64,000 nucleotides of DNA from NCBI GenBank assembly GCA_025786725.1, contig JAHLTZ010000040.1:1-64000 (forward strand), given 5' to 3'. Positions 13,810-28,289 of the stretch are shown here, one piece after another. Positions within the stretch are counted from its first letter, which is position 1, and the number at the start of each line of letters is the position of its first letter. Position numbers and translations under genes: made by a program. A model generated the notes under the pieces. The model was not told where the DNA came from. It made no database searches and saw only the letters and a list, made by a program, of their open reading frames with translations. This stretch comes from Syncephalis fuscata S228. Lineage: Eukaryota > Fungi > Zoopagomycota.

Positions 13810-14627
13810 ATGCAATCATCACTAGTTATGGTATTTACATTTCACCAATGCTCGTATTTGTCGTGGTTAGTCATATTCTGGCTATGCTCGTCTAGCTGGC
13901 TTCTAGCAACGGGCCATATGCAAATGGAGTATCCTATTCCGCGCGCTCATCCCAAAAACATCGGCTACGGCGCAGTTGACTACGATCTGGATGCGCCGTT
14001 GAACGATGCATCGCTGGGTGGTCGCTTTCCGTGCAAGCATCAAAAGCAAGGACCAGTGACTGCTACACTTCATGCTGGCAAAAGCCTACTTACGCATTTT
14101 GGCCGTGGCAATCCTCATAAAGGCGGACATTGCCAGTTTGCACTTTCCTACGATAACGGACGCCACTGGGTAGTTCTTCGTACAGTCGTTGCTGTCTGTT
14201 TTGCCGGCAAATCGCCCTATTCTATGCGTGTTCCTATTCCTAAAGGTGCACGAAATGGTCGTGCTCTATTCGCTTGGACGTGGATTGCCGCGAAGGAGAA
14301 CGCGAATACTACATGAACTGTGCAGATGTTCTTGTTCGTGATGGCGAGAACCGTGGCTCCGTGACTGGGCCCGAGCTATTGGTGGCACAGCTGCCAGGAA
14401 AGCCACAATTCCCCGAATGGATCTACACAGTTAGCCAAAACGATCGCCGCCATTTATTTGCAGAGCGTAAAATCGTCACCATACCTGTGGGCGTCTCACC
14501 AACAATTGCTGGTCGAGTTATTGATGAGCCTGGTGGCGGTAAATTAGGATCGATGGCTCGTGCACCTAAACGAATTGACTATAAGCGTTTCGAGAATGAT
14601 AGCTACAACTATTTTGGCAATGGTTAA
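13810..14627 (+). CDS. AA11-like lytic polysaccharide monooxygenase, paralogue 2 (one frameshift near 14290)
   Basis: LATG|HMQMEYPIPRA, FPCKH, PHKGGHCQFALSYD, AWTWI, then EGEREYYMNCADV in the next frame. Collinear with the 10941 gene. Confidence 0.82.
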
Positions 14628-14805
14628 TTTATTAATTGAATTAACTATTCAACCTGTGCCATCTAAATAATTATTATTGATTTTATTCTTTTGTTTGTAT
14701 TGCCAATATATTATACATATCATAGAATATGGTTACAAATAAACATATACAAATTAGATAACTACTATTTACTATTTATTTAATAAAATAATACACTACA
14801 AATTG

Positions 14806-15201
14806 TTATTGCGTATTTGATGTGCTGTTATCTTTTCCTGGCCGACCAGCTTCTGCAAGCCAGCGAAGCATACGCAAACGAACGCGCGCCGGCGATTCTT
14901 CGTCTATAATGGCGCGTGTCCATACAAGCGGTGCATGAAGCAACACCTCTGCTGCTGATTGTCTGACCTGGCGTCTTTCGTAGTCATCTCTTATTAAACC
15001 GGCTGATCGTTTTACGGCCGGCAAATTTAAGCTTGCATGAGGTATATTAGCTCTATTTCCACCAGCGTCACTAGAAGTGCTTTCTGGAGCGGGCCAGTGC
15101 CTTACTGGTGCCTCATCAGTAGCGGCAATAGCCTCGCTGTCGTTTAAGGTGGGAGAAGGAGGGAGGGAGTCGAATTCCTCAACAAACTCTACATCGGACA
15201 T
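14806..15201 (-). CDS. Small hypothetical protein (131 aa)
   Basis: Intronless GC-richer ORF with ATG, head-to-head with PEX12. No family recognised. Confidence 0.6.
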   Translation of the reverse strand: MSDVEFVEEFDSLPPSPTLNDSEAIAATDEAPVRHWPAPESTSSDAGGNRANIPHASLNLPAVKRSAGLIRDDYERRQVRQSAAEVLLHAPLVWTRAIIDEESPARVRLRMLRWLAEAGRPGKDNSTSNTQ

Positions 15202-15315
15202 GGTAGAAGTGAAAATAAAGCAGTAAAAGTGGTGGTGACGTGATCGATGAAATAATGGCCACCACTTTATCTTCTTTCATTCATATTTCTTTAAATATTC
15301 ACGTCGTTTATCAAT

Positions 15316-16849
15316 ATGGAATTTATGAGTAATATAAGTGGCGGCGACGATGCCGCCAATCGTCCGTCGCTATTTGAGCTTATTGCGCAGGACCAGATGC
15401 GGGATCTACTGCGACCCGCGCTGCGCTACTTGGTAACCGTAAGTCACGAGTAGCTTGGTCGTCTAGTGAGCCACATAAGCTAACGAGTTGACTGTAGTTT
15501 TATGCTGAACGATATCCACGGTATATGTTACGTGTGCATCATCACTTTGATGAATTATTGCTATTAGTATCTTGGCTAGTAGAGCGCCATTATTTGCAGC
15601 ATTGGGGTAAGTTATTTACTATATTTTATTATTATTATATTTAGCTAGTTGATGCAATTAATTGTAGCATCTTCATTTTCGGAAAACTTTTATGGTTTAA
15701 AGCGGGTTATTGCAGCTGAACAGACCAAGATATGGTCAAGTAAAGACACTATACAATCGCTTTTCTATTTAGTAAGTAGCGGATGCTGTTTATTCATTGT
15801 TTAATTAACACATAAACATAGATAGGTATACCTTATTTAAAAACAAAGTTGGATGAAGCATTTGACAGAGCACGTGGTGGGGCAGCGGCAGATTTATTTG
15901 GCGAGGATGAACTAGAATCTGAAGCTGAAGAAGAAAGACAACGATTGGCAGCACAGATGTCATCAACTGGCCATCAGGTAAGTTATTTCTAGTATTATTT
16001 ATATATTTCTACTAATAACTTATCCGTAATGTATTGAATGTGCATAGACACTTCAAAGCCGTGGACGTTACTATGCTAGTATCATTTCTCACCGGTGTAC
16101 ACGTCTATTCCGTGTGATCTATCCCTGGATGAATGCTGTATACCACGGTGCAACATTGGGCTACCAAGTGGCCTATCTATACGATTTTACACGATTTTAC
16201 TCACCTTGGCTACATCTACAAGGAATTGAGATACAAAGAATGACAATGGACGATTATGTAAGTAATAGTGTAGTGTTTGTTATAGTGCTAATTTGACATT
16301 GATCGACTATAACTATAATTAGCGACAGTTTTATCACAAACAAGAAGAGGCCGCTGAACAATTTAGACAGGCACGACTTGCCAGTAATGGCCTAAGCATT
16401 ACTGTATTGCGTCGTTGGCTGTTTTTAGCACTAAGCCGTGGTCTTGACTGGCTTAAGGTGATTTTACCTATGGGCATGTTCTTTTTCAAGTTTCTCGAAT
16501 GGTGGTACGCTTCTGATTATCATAAGCGTGCACAGCAGCGGCCAATCCCACCCCCGCCTGAACCTATTAAGGTAAGTACTGCTTATTAGCAACAAGATAG
16601 ACGTTTAATTAGCTATATTTGATGCTATTAAATGTATAGCCTTCTCCAAAAGGACTACCATTGCCAGTCGATCCGGAACTATGTCCAATCTGTTTGAAAA
16701 TGCGTACTAATCCTGCCGCATTGCCTACTGGCTACGCCTATTGCTATCCATGTATATTCCATGCTGTAGAAGAGAGTGGACACTGCCCTGTTACATTAGT
16801 GCCGGTAGAACTAGAACAAATACGTAAATTGTATACAAGTGGTATTTGA
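15316..16849 (+). CDS. PEX12: Peroxin 12 (RING peroxin), multi-exon
   Basis: MEFMSN...[50 protein letters not shown], and C-terminal [25 protein letters not shown]...CPVT. Confidence 0.95.
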
Positions 16850-17051
16850 TTTGTATTGCTATCAAATCGGTGTGTAAAATGCAATTTTAATTCAAGCTGA
16901 TTTGTTAATACTGTATACACTTTGCGTGTTAAATGGTTGCAGTCATTCATACTAATTTATATAAACTAAACGTTATTTAAAAACAAGACTTATTTCAATG
17001 TTGCATAGCGTTTATAATAATAATAATAATGATAGTAAAAATAGCAGTTGC

Positions 17052-18889
17052 TTATTGTTCAATGCCGTATTTACGCAATACTTTAGACACATTTTTTAAC
17101 TTGTGTGTTGGACCATAAGCAACAATTGTAGAATGACGTCCGTCGTTAGCATGGAGCATTTTAGAGGCTAAACGTCTTATATCCTCCAATGTAACCTTAT
17201 CAACCTGTTGCCGCATCTCATCAGCCGATACACGTTGGCCGTATATTTGTACCTGACGACCCAAGTCTTCAAGCTGGACCATTCTACTTTCCAGATTCAT
17301 TAATACACTGCTCTTTAGCTGATTTTTTGCACGATCTAGTTCCGATTGATCGATGGCATCGGGTTCGGCAAGGAGGGAGAACTCGCGAGCGATGACGTCG
17401 GAGAGTGCATGGGCCCAATCAGGACGACAAGAGGCTGAAATGCCAAATAGTCCCGAGTCGCTATAGCCGTGTAGGAAGGCAGCGCATGACTCAACCCAGT
17501 AGTGGCGATTGAGTACACGTGTATATAGTCGCGAGTACATGCCCTTACCAGGTCCACCGGCCGAAAAGCTACCACCACCGCCTAAAAGCAGCTGCATGGT
17601 AGCTAGTGTGTACATGTCTGGATCGGCAAGTCCTGGCGCTTCAAATCCCACGTACAAATGCGTATATTCTTGCTCTGGTGCCTCTAATACCAAAGTACCA
17701 CCTGTATAGCGTGATGGCAAAGTAGCTAGTGTATATGGATCTTCAACAACAGCCGGTGTCGCTGAATGGGCTGGTTTGCCTAGCATCGAGGCAGCAGCTG
17801 ATGACAAGGTGCGTAGAATGGATGTATGTCCACCATTACCATTACCATTGCTAGTTGAAAGCTTTGCACCAGAACCGGTAGACGTACCCGATTGAACTTG
17901 CGAAAAGCTACTATTACCGCTATGTTGTGCCGATGCATTTAGTGTGGGTGGTGTCATTAATTGTGAGTCTGGCCCTACTGTTGCATCTTTTACATGCTTC
18001 CACTGGCCAAAATGCTGTTCAGCAAGACGGACTAGTGCATCATGCTCTATTCCAGCACCGGCCAATACAACTCGGCCCGGATGATACCACCGGTGACGAA
18101 ACTCATTCAGTGTTGATAGCTGGATATTTTCAAGTCTTTCTGGCGCACACAGCAATGGATTACCCAGTGTATTGCCTTGATAGGCTGCTTGGTGTAATAG
18201 TTCAGGCAGGATAAGCTCTGGCTTTGACCATACTTCTTTAATCTCATACGGTACAGTTATCATTTGTTCTTCTAGCTCTTCAGGGGTCAATGCCGGTGAT
18301 CGGACAACGTCGGCAAGCAGATCTACAGCACGCGGCACGTCTTGTTTAAATACAGCTGACTGGTACATAATACATTCCCGCGAACTAGAACAGGTTAGAT
18401 TACCGCCTAGTTCTTCCATTTCCGTCATGATTTGTTCGGCATTGCGCTTGTGCGTGCTCTAAAGTATATGCTATCGGTAAGTGCATCGACTGCTGTGTTA
18501 GCCATACTATATTTACCTTAAAAGCCATGCGATCTAGCAAATGACTACAGCCTTGCGTCGATGGACTTTCGTAGCGAGAACCGGCATCGACAAATACACC
18601 AATCGAGGCAAAATGACCGGGCGTATCTTCGCTCGTTACACGCAGACCATTGCTTAGTGTAGTAGTGCGTGTTAACGAGTCATTAGAAGAACGAGCGCCT
18701 GGGTAGTGCTAAGCGTTGTTATACAAATAGCTTATCGGTAAGCAAGCACCGATCTAGCATATAATATGTCCATTAACTTACAGAATCCACAAGCGTGCCC
18801 AATCGTCTTGGTGTCGACAGACGAGATAAATGACTCGATATAGGGCGTAGGATCGTTAGAGCGCGTGCGGCCGATAAACGTGTATACAT
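17052..18889 (-). CDS. MAS2: Mitochondrial processing peptidase alpha subunit
   Basis: Arg/Ser/Leu presequence, TTLSNGLRVTSE, DAGSRYE, SHLLDRMAFK, and the glycine-rich loop GGGGSFSAGGPGKGMYSRLY. Confidence 0.96.
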
Positions 18890-19144
18890 GTTTAATAGTA
18901 AGAAAAATAAAGTGGAAAAGTGACCAGAGAGGACAAGTGTCATCAACGTAATCATTGAAACTAGTTTATTTAACATTTGTCATTTAAATCATTTTAAAAT
19001 ATGCTATTTTAAAGGTCAAATTGCAACAATGTTAATTACAGATAGGTAGACAGATGTATTGATGGGCTTAAAAGATAAAGATATAAAAAGAGAATGAATA
19101 GTCCAACTAGTAGGATTACAACTTTTGAAGGCTGGTTATCTATT

Positions 19145-21034
19145 TTAACGGTCATTGTCGTCATCCTCGTCTTCTAATCGTAAATAGCGACGATAAGATT
19201 CACGTACACAGGCACCACCCTTTACTTGATCAAATGTAAATTTGTAGAAGCCACCATCGGCACAAATGACTAAATATATTATGGTGTATTAGAATGGTAG
19301 ATATGAATTATATTTATTATAAGCTTACCTATAATACTGCTGGCACCTGGTCCAAATCCACATATAAACCGAGTATGCATAGGCAGTTGACAATGTGCAA
19401 AACTCCATTCAGATGAAAAGTATTTGGGTAGTAAATCTTTCATAAATGCCAGTCTATTAAATTAATTAATTAATTAGTTAGTTGATTAGTCAGTTATATT
19501 ACTACTTTATATTATTATAATTGTATTTACCTTGAATGTCGATTACCACTCCAAGTACTTGATGACATGGATGTTGTTGGTGCTAGACGTCTATTGTTGT
19601 TGATAATTGTATTTAAATAGTTAAATAGTGTACATTAATACTAGTTGGTTTATATTAGTCAAATGTCACTTACCGTGTGCTATCCTCGCTGCTTAAACGA
19701 GACGTAGTCGCTGAGGTGAGTGCAGTAGCCGTAACATCTAAATTAAATATATGAATTGTACCTTTGTCTGAAGCAACACATATACGAGTAGCATCAGCAT
19801 TAAAGGCAATACTATAAATCTCGGCCCGATCAGCTCCTCGACGGAATTCATGAAGTATTCGACCAGATATTGTATCAAATACACGAATTAGCGTGCCCTA
19901 CATTAACAAATGGTTATAAGCAGTATATTAGCAATTGTATTATCGCATTTATGACTCATTGCACTATAAACTTACCTTTTCACTAGCACTAGCAATTAAA
20001 TGGCCGCTATGACTCATAGCAATACAACCAAGTGCTGCTGTGTGAGCCATAATGGTCAATTTATTAGTCATCATACTTGACATACTCGTGCTACGCGGTC
20101 GATGTTGATGTTGTTGATGCGATGAAGAAGCACTTGAGTTGGATCGCTTTAGATTTGCCGTATCGGTTGTAGTATGTAGTAGTTGAAGACAATGAAGAAT
20201 TAGGCGGAGATACTCTATGTCCATTATTCGATGGTGAACCTGAAGTAGGTGTTGAAGGATTACCGGCACCAATAAATTGTCCCAAATCCACCACTTGAAT
20301 ATGGCCTAATTGCTGTCCTGGAAAGGCCAATATTGACATATTTCGTGAAGATGCCACTGCCACCAAACCTATTAATTAATTAATTAGTATTAATTATTTA
20401 ATAACAGTTATTTAATACTTATTCAAAATCTATCAATCTATTTAATTTTACCTTTATCATTATTGGGTGTTTCAAACATATATAACTTTTTAGGCTGTGC
20501 ACTCAGTGTATACACATAAACACGATCTTGCAATACAATAATTATTCTATACATACATACATACATACATATTAATATTAATACAGCTATTACCAATTAT
20601 ATAGACTTATCTATTCAACTTACCGTTCACGTAGTAATTTAACATTCTTTACTTCACTACGGAATTCTAATCGAATAACTTCCTTCTCCTTTGAATCATC
20701 CCATATAATAACACTATCTAAGGGGAATCTAGGATTTCGACCACCGCCAGTTAATGCTACATAGTTGGTGCGATAGAGCATACTAATAGTGCCAATGCCT
20801 TTACCGGCCAGATCTATATTTATTGGACGTTAGTTCTTTGTATATACTATCAATAGACCCGCCAGCTGCTATTTACTTACCATGACGTCTTGTTTCTTCT
20901 AACGGATCGCAGTTGAAGATGCGGAATCCTGTTTCCAAACCCACGGCAAAACAACCATAATCCTGGTTAAAGTCAGCATAGAGTAGCCCTCTAACATCAG
21001 ATGGCTGATGTGCCGAGGGCTGTAATAGATTCAT
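19145..21034 (-). CDS. HSV2: PROPPIN/WIPI phosphoinositide-binding beta-propeller (HSV2/WDR45B-like), multi-exon
   Basis: FNQDYGCFAVGLETGFRIFNCDPL, MLYRTNYVAL, ASASEKGTLIRVFDT, EFRRGADRAEIYSIAFN, LLPKYFSSEWSFA. Confidence 0.9.
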
Positions 21035-22860
21035 TGAGGTATAAAGTAGCTAGACCGAGGCCTTGACAGCAATTTACTTCTTAGCTTTAACAACAACGGC
21101 TATCTTTAAACAAAAGTAAAACAGAAAGGGGAAGATCGTATAGATAGTAGTGGTGGTAGAAGAAGAGAAGAAGAGAAGAAGAAGCGATGAAGGAAGGCAG
21201 CATGTAGGGTAATTATGTTAAAAGAGGTGTAACAATAATAACTGCCCTATAAACATATACATAGACATAACCGAGTAAAGGATATGTACTATCAATGAAC
21301 AAGTATGAAAAGAAAAAGTGGTGTGTATTAACTGGTCATTATGTAGAATCGCGTGACTGGTCATCATACACACACATTTGGTATTCATACCGTAATACTT
21401 ATCATCGTGTACACTGGTACATTCAGCTGACTTGTACAAGATTAGACACGTTATAATAGATGTATAAATAGTACAGGGGATAAAGAAGGTACTAACAGTG
21501 ACAGATAACTAGTTAGTCGCTTTTATTCCATAAATAAAGACGAAGTGTGCTTTAGTAACTGAATAGGTGGATCATCGACTATTCTATGAATATTCTTGGC
21601 ATGTGTTGACTTTTTGAGTGGTTGAGGGTCTTCATTCGTTCGTTGACCCATTCACCGACGAATGAAGCGGTCCAATTAACTCATGTATTCTTGGCAAACT
21701 ACTAGATGTTTTAAGAGAACAATAACTAGCAACGACCGGGGCAACTAGAACAAACGACGCCACACAACCTGTTTAAATCCAATTGATTAGCTACTTTTAC
21801 TACAAACAGAACACATCTGGCCATTTTAAGCTGGTAAGTTATATTTACCTTTTATTCTCTACATCTATTATAGGCAGCTGAGATCTATTTATTTATATGG
21901 ATGGATATCAGCGGTTACTATCTAATAAATAGTACTTTCTGCGTCCAATCTTTCTCTCTCTCGCTCTCTCTCTTGATTCATTGATTATCGTCATTGAATA
22001 CACGCGTTACAGCTTACAAGTTTATTCACACTATCTACAGCGTTGTGAATTCCTTGTCCTTCAGTAACCAACCATTATATTAAATTCGTATTATTATTGT
22101 TAGGAGGCGTGCTTTCTTTATTTTATTCTGCTTTCTAGTTACCTTTAATAGTTGCAATACTTGCCTTTACTGCTATTGCCACACCAGTGGTATTGCTATT
22201 GTACTGCACACTGTGGCAGGGACAACAATAGTCGATTGCGGTGTTTTATTAGTAGCAGTCGTCGTATTAAGCAAGTGGTTCCCAATGTACCGCTCATCTG
22301 AGTAAAACCTATTACTGCTCTCTTATTAATCTGCATTCTGTTGTTTCTGTATTTACCGACAGTATAAAACCGTTTTGCGGAACTTTTTTCCTTCTACTCG
22401 CAGTAACAACACACTGTTATTGCCGCAGTGTCTTCTCCTTTCTCTTCAGACCACCGTTGTTTTACATTGGCACTATCTATTCGTGCATTCTCGCCTATTA
22501 TTTTATCGGGTTTCTTGTTTCTTCTATTAATAATTATTACTATCATTCTTAGGCGTTTAACAGCATTTCTAAGTAAGCTACGAGGCGACGTATAGAGGAT
22601 TATTGCTGTACTTTTTATTATTACAGTAAGTATATACAGATGGTCAGGGTGCAGTTACATTTCGGCTTCGGAAAAATCTTTACCGAGTTAATATTTATAT
22701 TTATATTAAATATTTAAGTGTGTGTGAATATAAGAATGATATATATATATAAATACATAGTATTATATACTAACCAGTGAATTATTTTCTACTAGAATTA
22801 TTGATATAACTATTACCGACTGCTTTTCTTGCTGGTTCAATTGTTGCACGTATCGTTTCA

Positions 22861-25800
22861 ATGACGATACGCGACAACGTTAAACGCGTTGCGCGTCGAG
22901 TACGTCTGGCTACGTTACCGAGCAGATCTAGACGGCAACGACAACGTGCACGCACACCTAGAGAAGATACGATCGATGAAACGTTAGCGTCTTTGGAAGG
23001 GTCGGCGCCACAATCGCCAGGCACGCCACCACGACGAATGCCATATCGTGTAGATAGCCGGTATTCGGCTATGAGCGCCGATGTTCAAACCATTTTACGT
23101 TCACGGCCAGTGGGTCGTAATGGCGCAGATGGTGCCAATACACGCACGATTTACGTTAATTTACCTGCGCCGAGAGGTGCAGCTGCACAACACGGTACAG
23201 TCACCAATCGTATTAAAACAACAAAATATACAGCTTGGAACTTTTTACCTAAAAATCTTTTTGAGCAATTTCGCCGTGCAGCCAATGTTTATTTTTTATT
23301 AATGGCCGCTTTACAAATCGTTCCTTATTTCCAAGTGAACAGTATTCCGTTGACCTTATTTCCTATTTGTTTTGTACTGGCTGTAACCGCATTAAAAGAT
23401 GGATTTGAAGATTGGAAACGTCTTCAACAGGATCGGGCCTTTAATGGCTCGCCTACTTCAACTTTACAGCGATGGCGTAATGTTAACTTTGAACGCGATG
23501 AAGATGAGCCACAGACCGGCTGGCAGGTTTATTTGGATCGATTGCAGCACTGGATACGATGGCCATGGTTTAAACGAAGTGCACAAGCTACTGGGACGAC
23601 ATCATCAACGACAGTCAATCCAGCCTCTCATTTATACCATGCTACAGGAGCGGCTACTCCAACAGTGAGTGCCAGTTCACCATTTCGACATACACTTTCG
23701 ATGGATGATCAGCCAACAACTGGTCTATTAAGACGTACCACTACTTATGATCCATCGATGGCGGCATTTCAGCCAGCCGTTTGGCAAGATGTACGCGTTG
23801 GCGATATTGTATTTCTACGCGACAATGACTCTATTCCAGCCGATTTAGTTGTATTAACTACCAGTGAACCCGACGGCGAATGCTACATTGAAACGAAGAA
23901 TTTAGATGGTGAAACAAATTTAAAGACACGTCGTTGTGTACCAGAAACGGCCCATCTAACTGATGCAGTTGCCTGTGCCCATGCTCGCTTCTACATTGAA
24001 AGTGAAGCACCATCGTCTAATTTGTATGTATATCGCGGTACATTACGTATGGCCGTCCCGAAGCAACAATAACCCGCGAATTAATGACCGATCTTGCATT
24101 AAACGCACAAAAGTCAAATGCGACGACGACGACGAAGATGACTATGGCGTGGCAGAAATGGAAGCCGAAACGGCAGAAGAAGAAGCAGGTCAACGGGCTC
24201 GTCGTTATTTAGCGGATAATTTTGAAGCGGCACGTTTAGATTTAAATAATACTTTATTACGTGGTTCTGTGCTACGAAATACTGGTTGGGTTATTGCTGT
24301 GGCCGTATTTACCGGTGCTGAAACAAAAATTATGCTTAATGCCGGTGCTACGCCTTCAAAGCGTAGTCGTATCGAGAAATTAATGAATCGACAAGTAAGT
24401 AACAACAACAACAACAACAATGTGCTAATTAATTTAATTTACTTTATTATAGGTTATTATTAATTTTATTTTACTATTATTACTTTGTAGTGGCTGTGCC
24501 ATTGGGTATGCCATTTATTATCACAATGGACACGTAATGGTGTCATTGGTGTATTTGTACCCAATGATGGTTCTAATGGACGGGCTGCCATACTTAATTT
24601 CTTGTAAGTGATTTATACATTTTAACGCGCTTTATTACAGTTTATTAATAACTGTATTATTAGAGCATCTCTTATTGTATTCCAAAATATTATTCCTATA
24701 TCTCTTTATATAAGTATTGAGGTAGTAAAAACCTTTCACGCCTTTTGGATATTTAGCGATCTTCGTATGTATGATACAGAAGAAAACCAGCCTTGTGTAC
24801 CAAAAACATGGAACATTTCTGATGATCTTGGCCAGGTTGAATATGTATTCTCGGACAAGACAGGTACATTAACACGTAATGTTATGGAGTTCCGTAAATG
24901 TTCGATTCGTGGTCGCACTTATGGTGAAAAGACACTGAATGAAGATACCGATGCAGCACGTGGAGCACGTCTACGTGAACAAGCAGGGCAAATGAGCCAT
25001 CCAAGTAATAATAACGATGATAGCCACAGTACATTAGATGCCGTAGCCAAAGAGGAAATGAAGCGACAATTTCTTGAGGAGATGCGAGCTGTATTTCAGC
25101 CACGTTATGCCACTATCGATCCTAAATCGTTAACATTTGCCGATCCACAGATATTTAAAGATCTACGTGGTGATGAATTTGATAAATATGCAGCACGTAG
25201 ACCATCCTCAATGCATCCACGTCGATTTAGTGGTGGATCTGATGCATTGTTACGTATACCGGCTATGCAAAGCCATATGTCATTAGGTATGGCATTGGAC
25301 GATGCCGAATTATCGCCGCCAGAGAATGGCGATAGCGATATTGAATCATTGGCTGATGGGGCCATCTCAATGAAAAGTTCCATGTTACGTCAACGACCAA
25401 GATTTATGGGCCACGGTACCATGTCAGGTAGTCCACAAGGCAGTTTTGACCGATCTGGCATGGATTCACAAGGATCCTTATTACTATCGGGTATCCAACC
25501 AGAAACACGATCAGAAGGTATACGTGAATTCTATATGTTACTTGGACTGTGCCACACGGTTATTGTTGAACGACCTGATGAAGAAGAAGAAGGGGCAGGC
25601 GATGATGAAGTATTGGATGAACCTAATCGATCGACTACTGGCACGTCACCTGAGCCATTAGCACCACAGCCATTAGAGCGTATTCTATATCGAGCCGAAT
25701 CACCCGATGAAGATGCACTAGTATCAGCGGCTCGTGATGTTGGCTTTACCTTCCTTGGACGCCGTCGCAATGAACTATTTATTGATGTATTTGGTCGAGT

Positions 25801-27929
25801 CTATACATTTGAGCTGTTAAACATGCTTCCATTCGACAGTACACGTAAGCGAATGTCGATTATTGTTCGTAGACCAGCACCTTGGAATGATATTGTACTC
25901 TACTCTAAAGGCGCCGATAATGTTATTCTTGAACGATTAGGTCCAGGCCAAGATGGCATTGTTAATCAAACTACTGAACATTTGGATGGCTATTCACGAG
26001 ATGGTAAGTAAATAGTTTATTATTTTGCGCTATATTAATTAATTAATTATAGGATTACGTGTACTACTACTTGCTTATAAGCAAATATCTAAGGAAGAAT
26101 ACGACGATTGGCAACGTGGCTATCATGCAGCAAGTACTTCGGTTAATAATCGCGATGCACTGTTAAATGCTTGTGCCGAGGAAATTGAAGATAATCTCAC
26201 TTTAATTGGTGCAACAGCTATTGAAGATAGGCTACAAGAGAATGTACCACAAGTCATTGCATCGCTTCGACATGCCGGTATGAAGGTATGGGTGCTGACC
26301 GGTGATAAGTTAGAGACAGCCATCAATATTGGCTATTCGTGCAGTCTACTTACCCAAGAGATGCATCTATGGACCGTGCGTGGTGATAGTAGTCCACGAC
26401 GAACCATTGATGAATTCATTCGAGTGGCGAGACAGGTAATTGCCGAAGAAGGAACAGCTGTGCTACATCCCATGCGTGAACAAGCACTAGTTATCGATGG
26501 ACAAGCATTGAAGGAAGTGTTGGATGATACACGGGCTCGTCGTTACTTGTTAAGCATGTCAAACCGATGCCGATCGGTTATTTGCTGTCGTGTATCACCA
26601 TTGCAAAAGGCTCAGGTTGTCCATTTGATTCGTAAGGGTCGTCACGCCATTACACTGGCCATTGGTGATGGCGCCAACGATGTCAGCATGATCCAAACGG
26701 CCAATATTGGTGTGGCCATTGCCGGTAAAGAAGGTCTGCAAGCCTCTATGTCGTCCGATTATACCATTGCTCAGTTCCAGTATCTAAAAACACTGTTACT
26801 TGTTCATGGTCAATGGTCGTATTTACGAGTGGCTGAAATGATTTTAAACTTTTTTTACAAAAATGTACTTTATGCATTTACCGTATTCTTTTATCAAATC
26901 TACTGCGGGTAAGTAATTGTGTGATTGATTGCTTAATTAGTGATACTAACATCTAATCTAGATTTTCTGCCAATATTTTTTTCGACTATACGTATGTACA
27001 GTTATACAATTTGGTATTTACAGTGGCCCCTGTTGTAGTATTGGGCTGTTGTGACCAAGCCATTAATGCACCACGTGCCTTGGCCTATCCAGCGCTGTAT
27101 CGATTAGGTATTGATCAGAAGCGTTACAATACCAAACGTTTCTGGATCTATATTCTTGAAGCGGCAGTCCATGCAGCAGTTATCTATTTTATCTTCTATG
27201 GTATTTATGAAACGGATCCAACTTTACATCGTGGTTTTAGCAGTGATCAATACGACTTTTCATCGGCCGTTATCACCACTGTAGTCATTACAGCCACGCT
27301 ATTTGTTGGTTCAATACCTATTCATGGAACTGGATGATGCATGCCGCAGTATGGATCACTATTGTTATTGTTATTGTTTATCTGCCTGTATTATCGGCCA
27401 TATCAGTATCGCCCCTTTATGGAGTGGCCAATATTGTTTATGGCCAGGGTAATTTCTGGTTTGCTCTACCGTTGGCCATTATGCTCGCTATGTTACCACG
27501 TTATCTTATCACATTTATTAAGCAATATCTCTTCCTGAAGACATAGATATTGTTCGAGAGATGCAGAAATATCATCTGGACGGTATTAAAGCCCAGAAGC
27601 ATTTTGGTGCCGATAGCCAATTTGAAGATGAAGAGTCGGGTATTGCTACTGATAATCACGAGGCAGTACGGTCATCATTGCCACCACCACCACCACCTGT
27701 CTATTCAGTGCCTATGGCTGAATTGGATCTGCGGCAATCCAATGCGGCGACTACAGCATTGCCGCCCAGCAGCTATCCACCAATGGCTACCAGTGCTAAT
27801 AGGACTACTGGACATATCTCTGCATCACCGACCAATGATCATCTTGATGGCATTACATTACTAACTGGTGATGATGGACACATTTACGATGGTGCAGTTA
27901 TCTATAATCATCGACCATCAACTCATTAG
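22861..27929 (+). CDS. P4-type ATPase phospholipid flippase (DNF/DRS2 family), multi-exon, with apparent assembly frameshifts
   Basis: NRIKTTKYT...FLPKNLFEQF, ETKNLDGETNLK, IPISLY, FSDKTGTLT, SPDE, KGAD, WVLTGDK, GDGANDVSMIQ. Frame breaks near 24070, 27310 and 27535. Confidence 0.95.
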
Positions 27930-28289
27930 CCTTTGTATCTAATAAAAATATTTGTGTTATTAGCTATCGATATAAACAAAGGGATTTTATTATTATTAAT
28001 TAACTAAAGCTTTGATAATGATAGTAAATATTGCCTAATTTTTATAATTTGTAATTTGTTTTTTGACACAATTAATATATAAATTTACGTATATTTTTAA
28101 ATAAAGTTTTTAAGCAAATCAAATTTATTAAAAACATACGTAAATCTGAGTCAGACTAATTGATCTTTTTTGTCAGCAATGCTGAAACACAAAGAAAATA
28201 AAGTTTTAGATGTTCTAGTTGCACGCATATACATGGAAACACATATTCACCTCTTTCTTAACAATTCAATTAATTACTTTATATCTACT

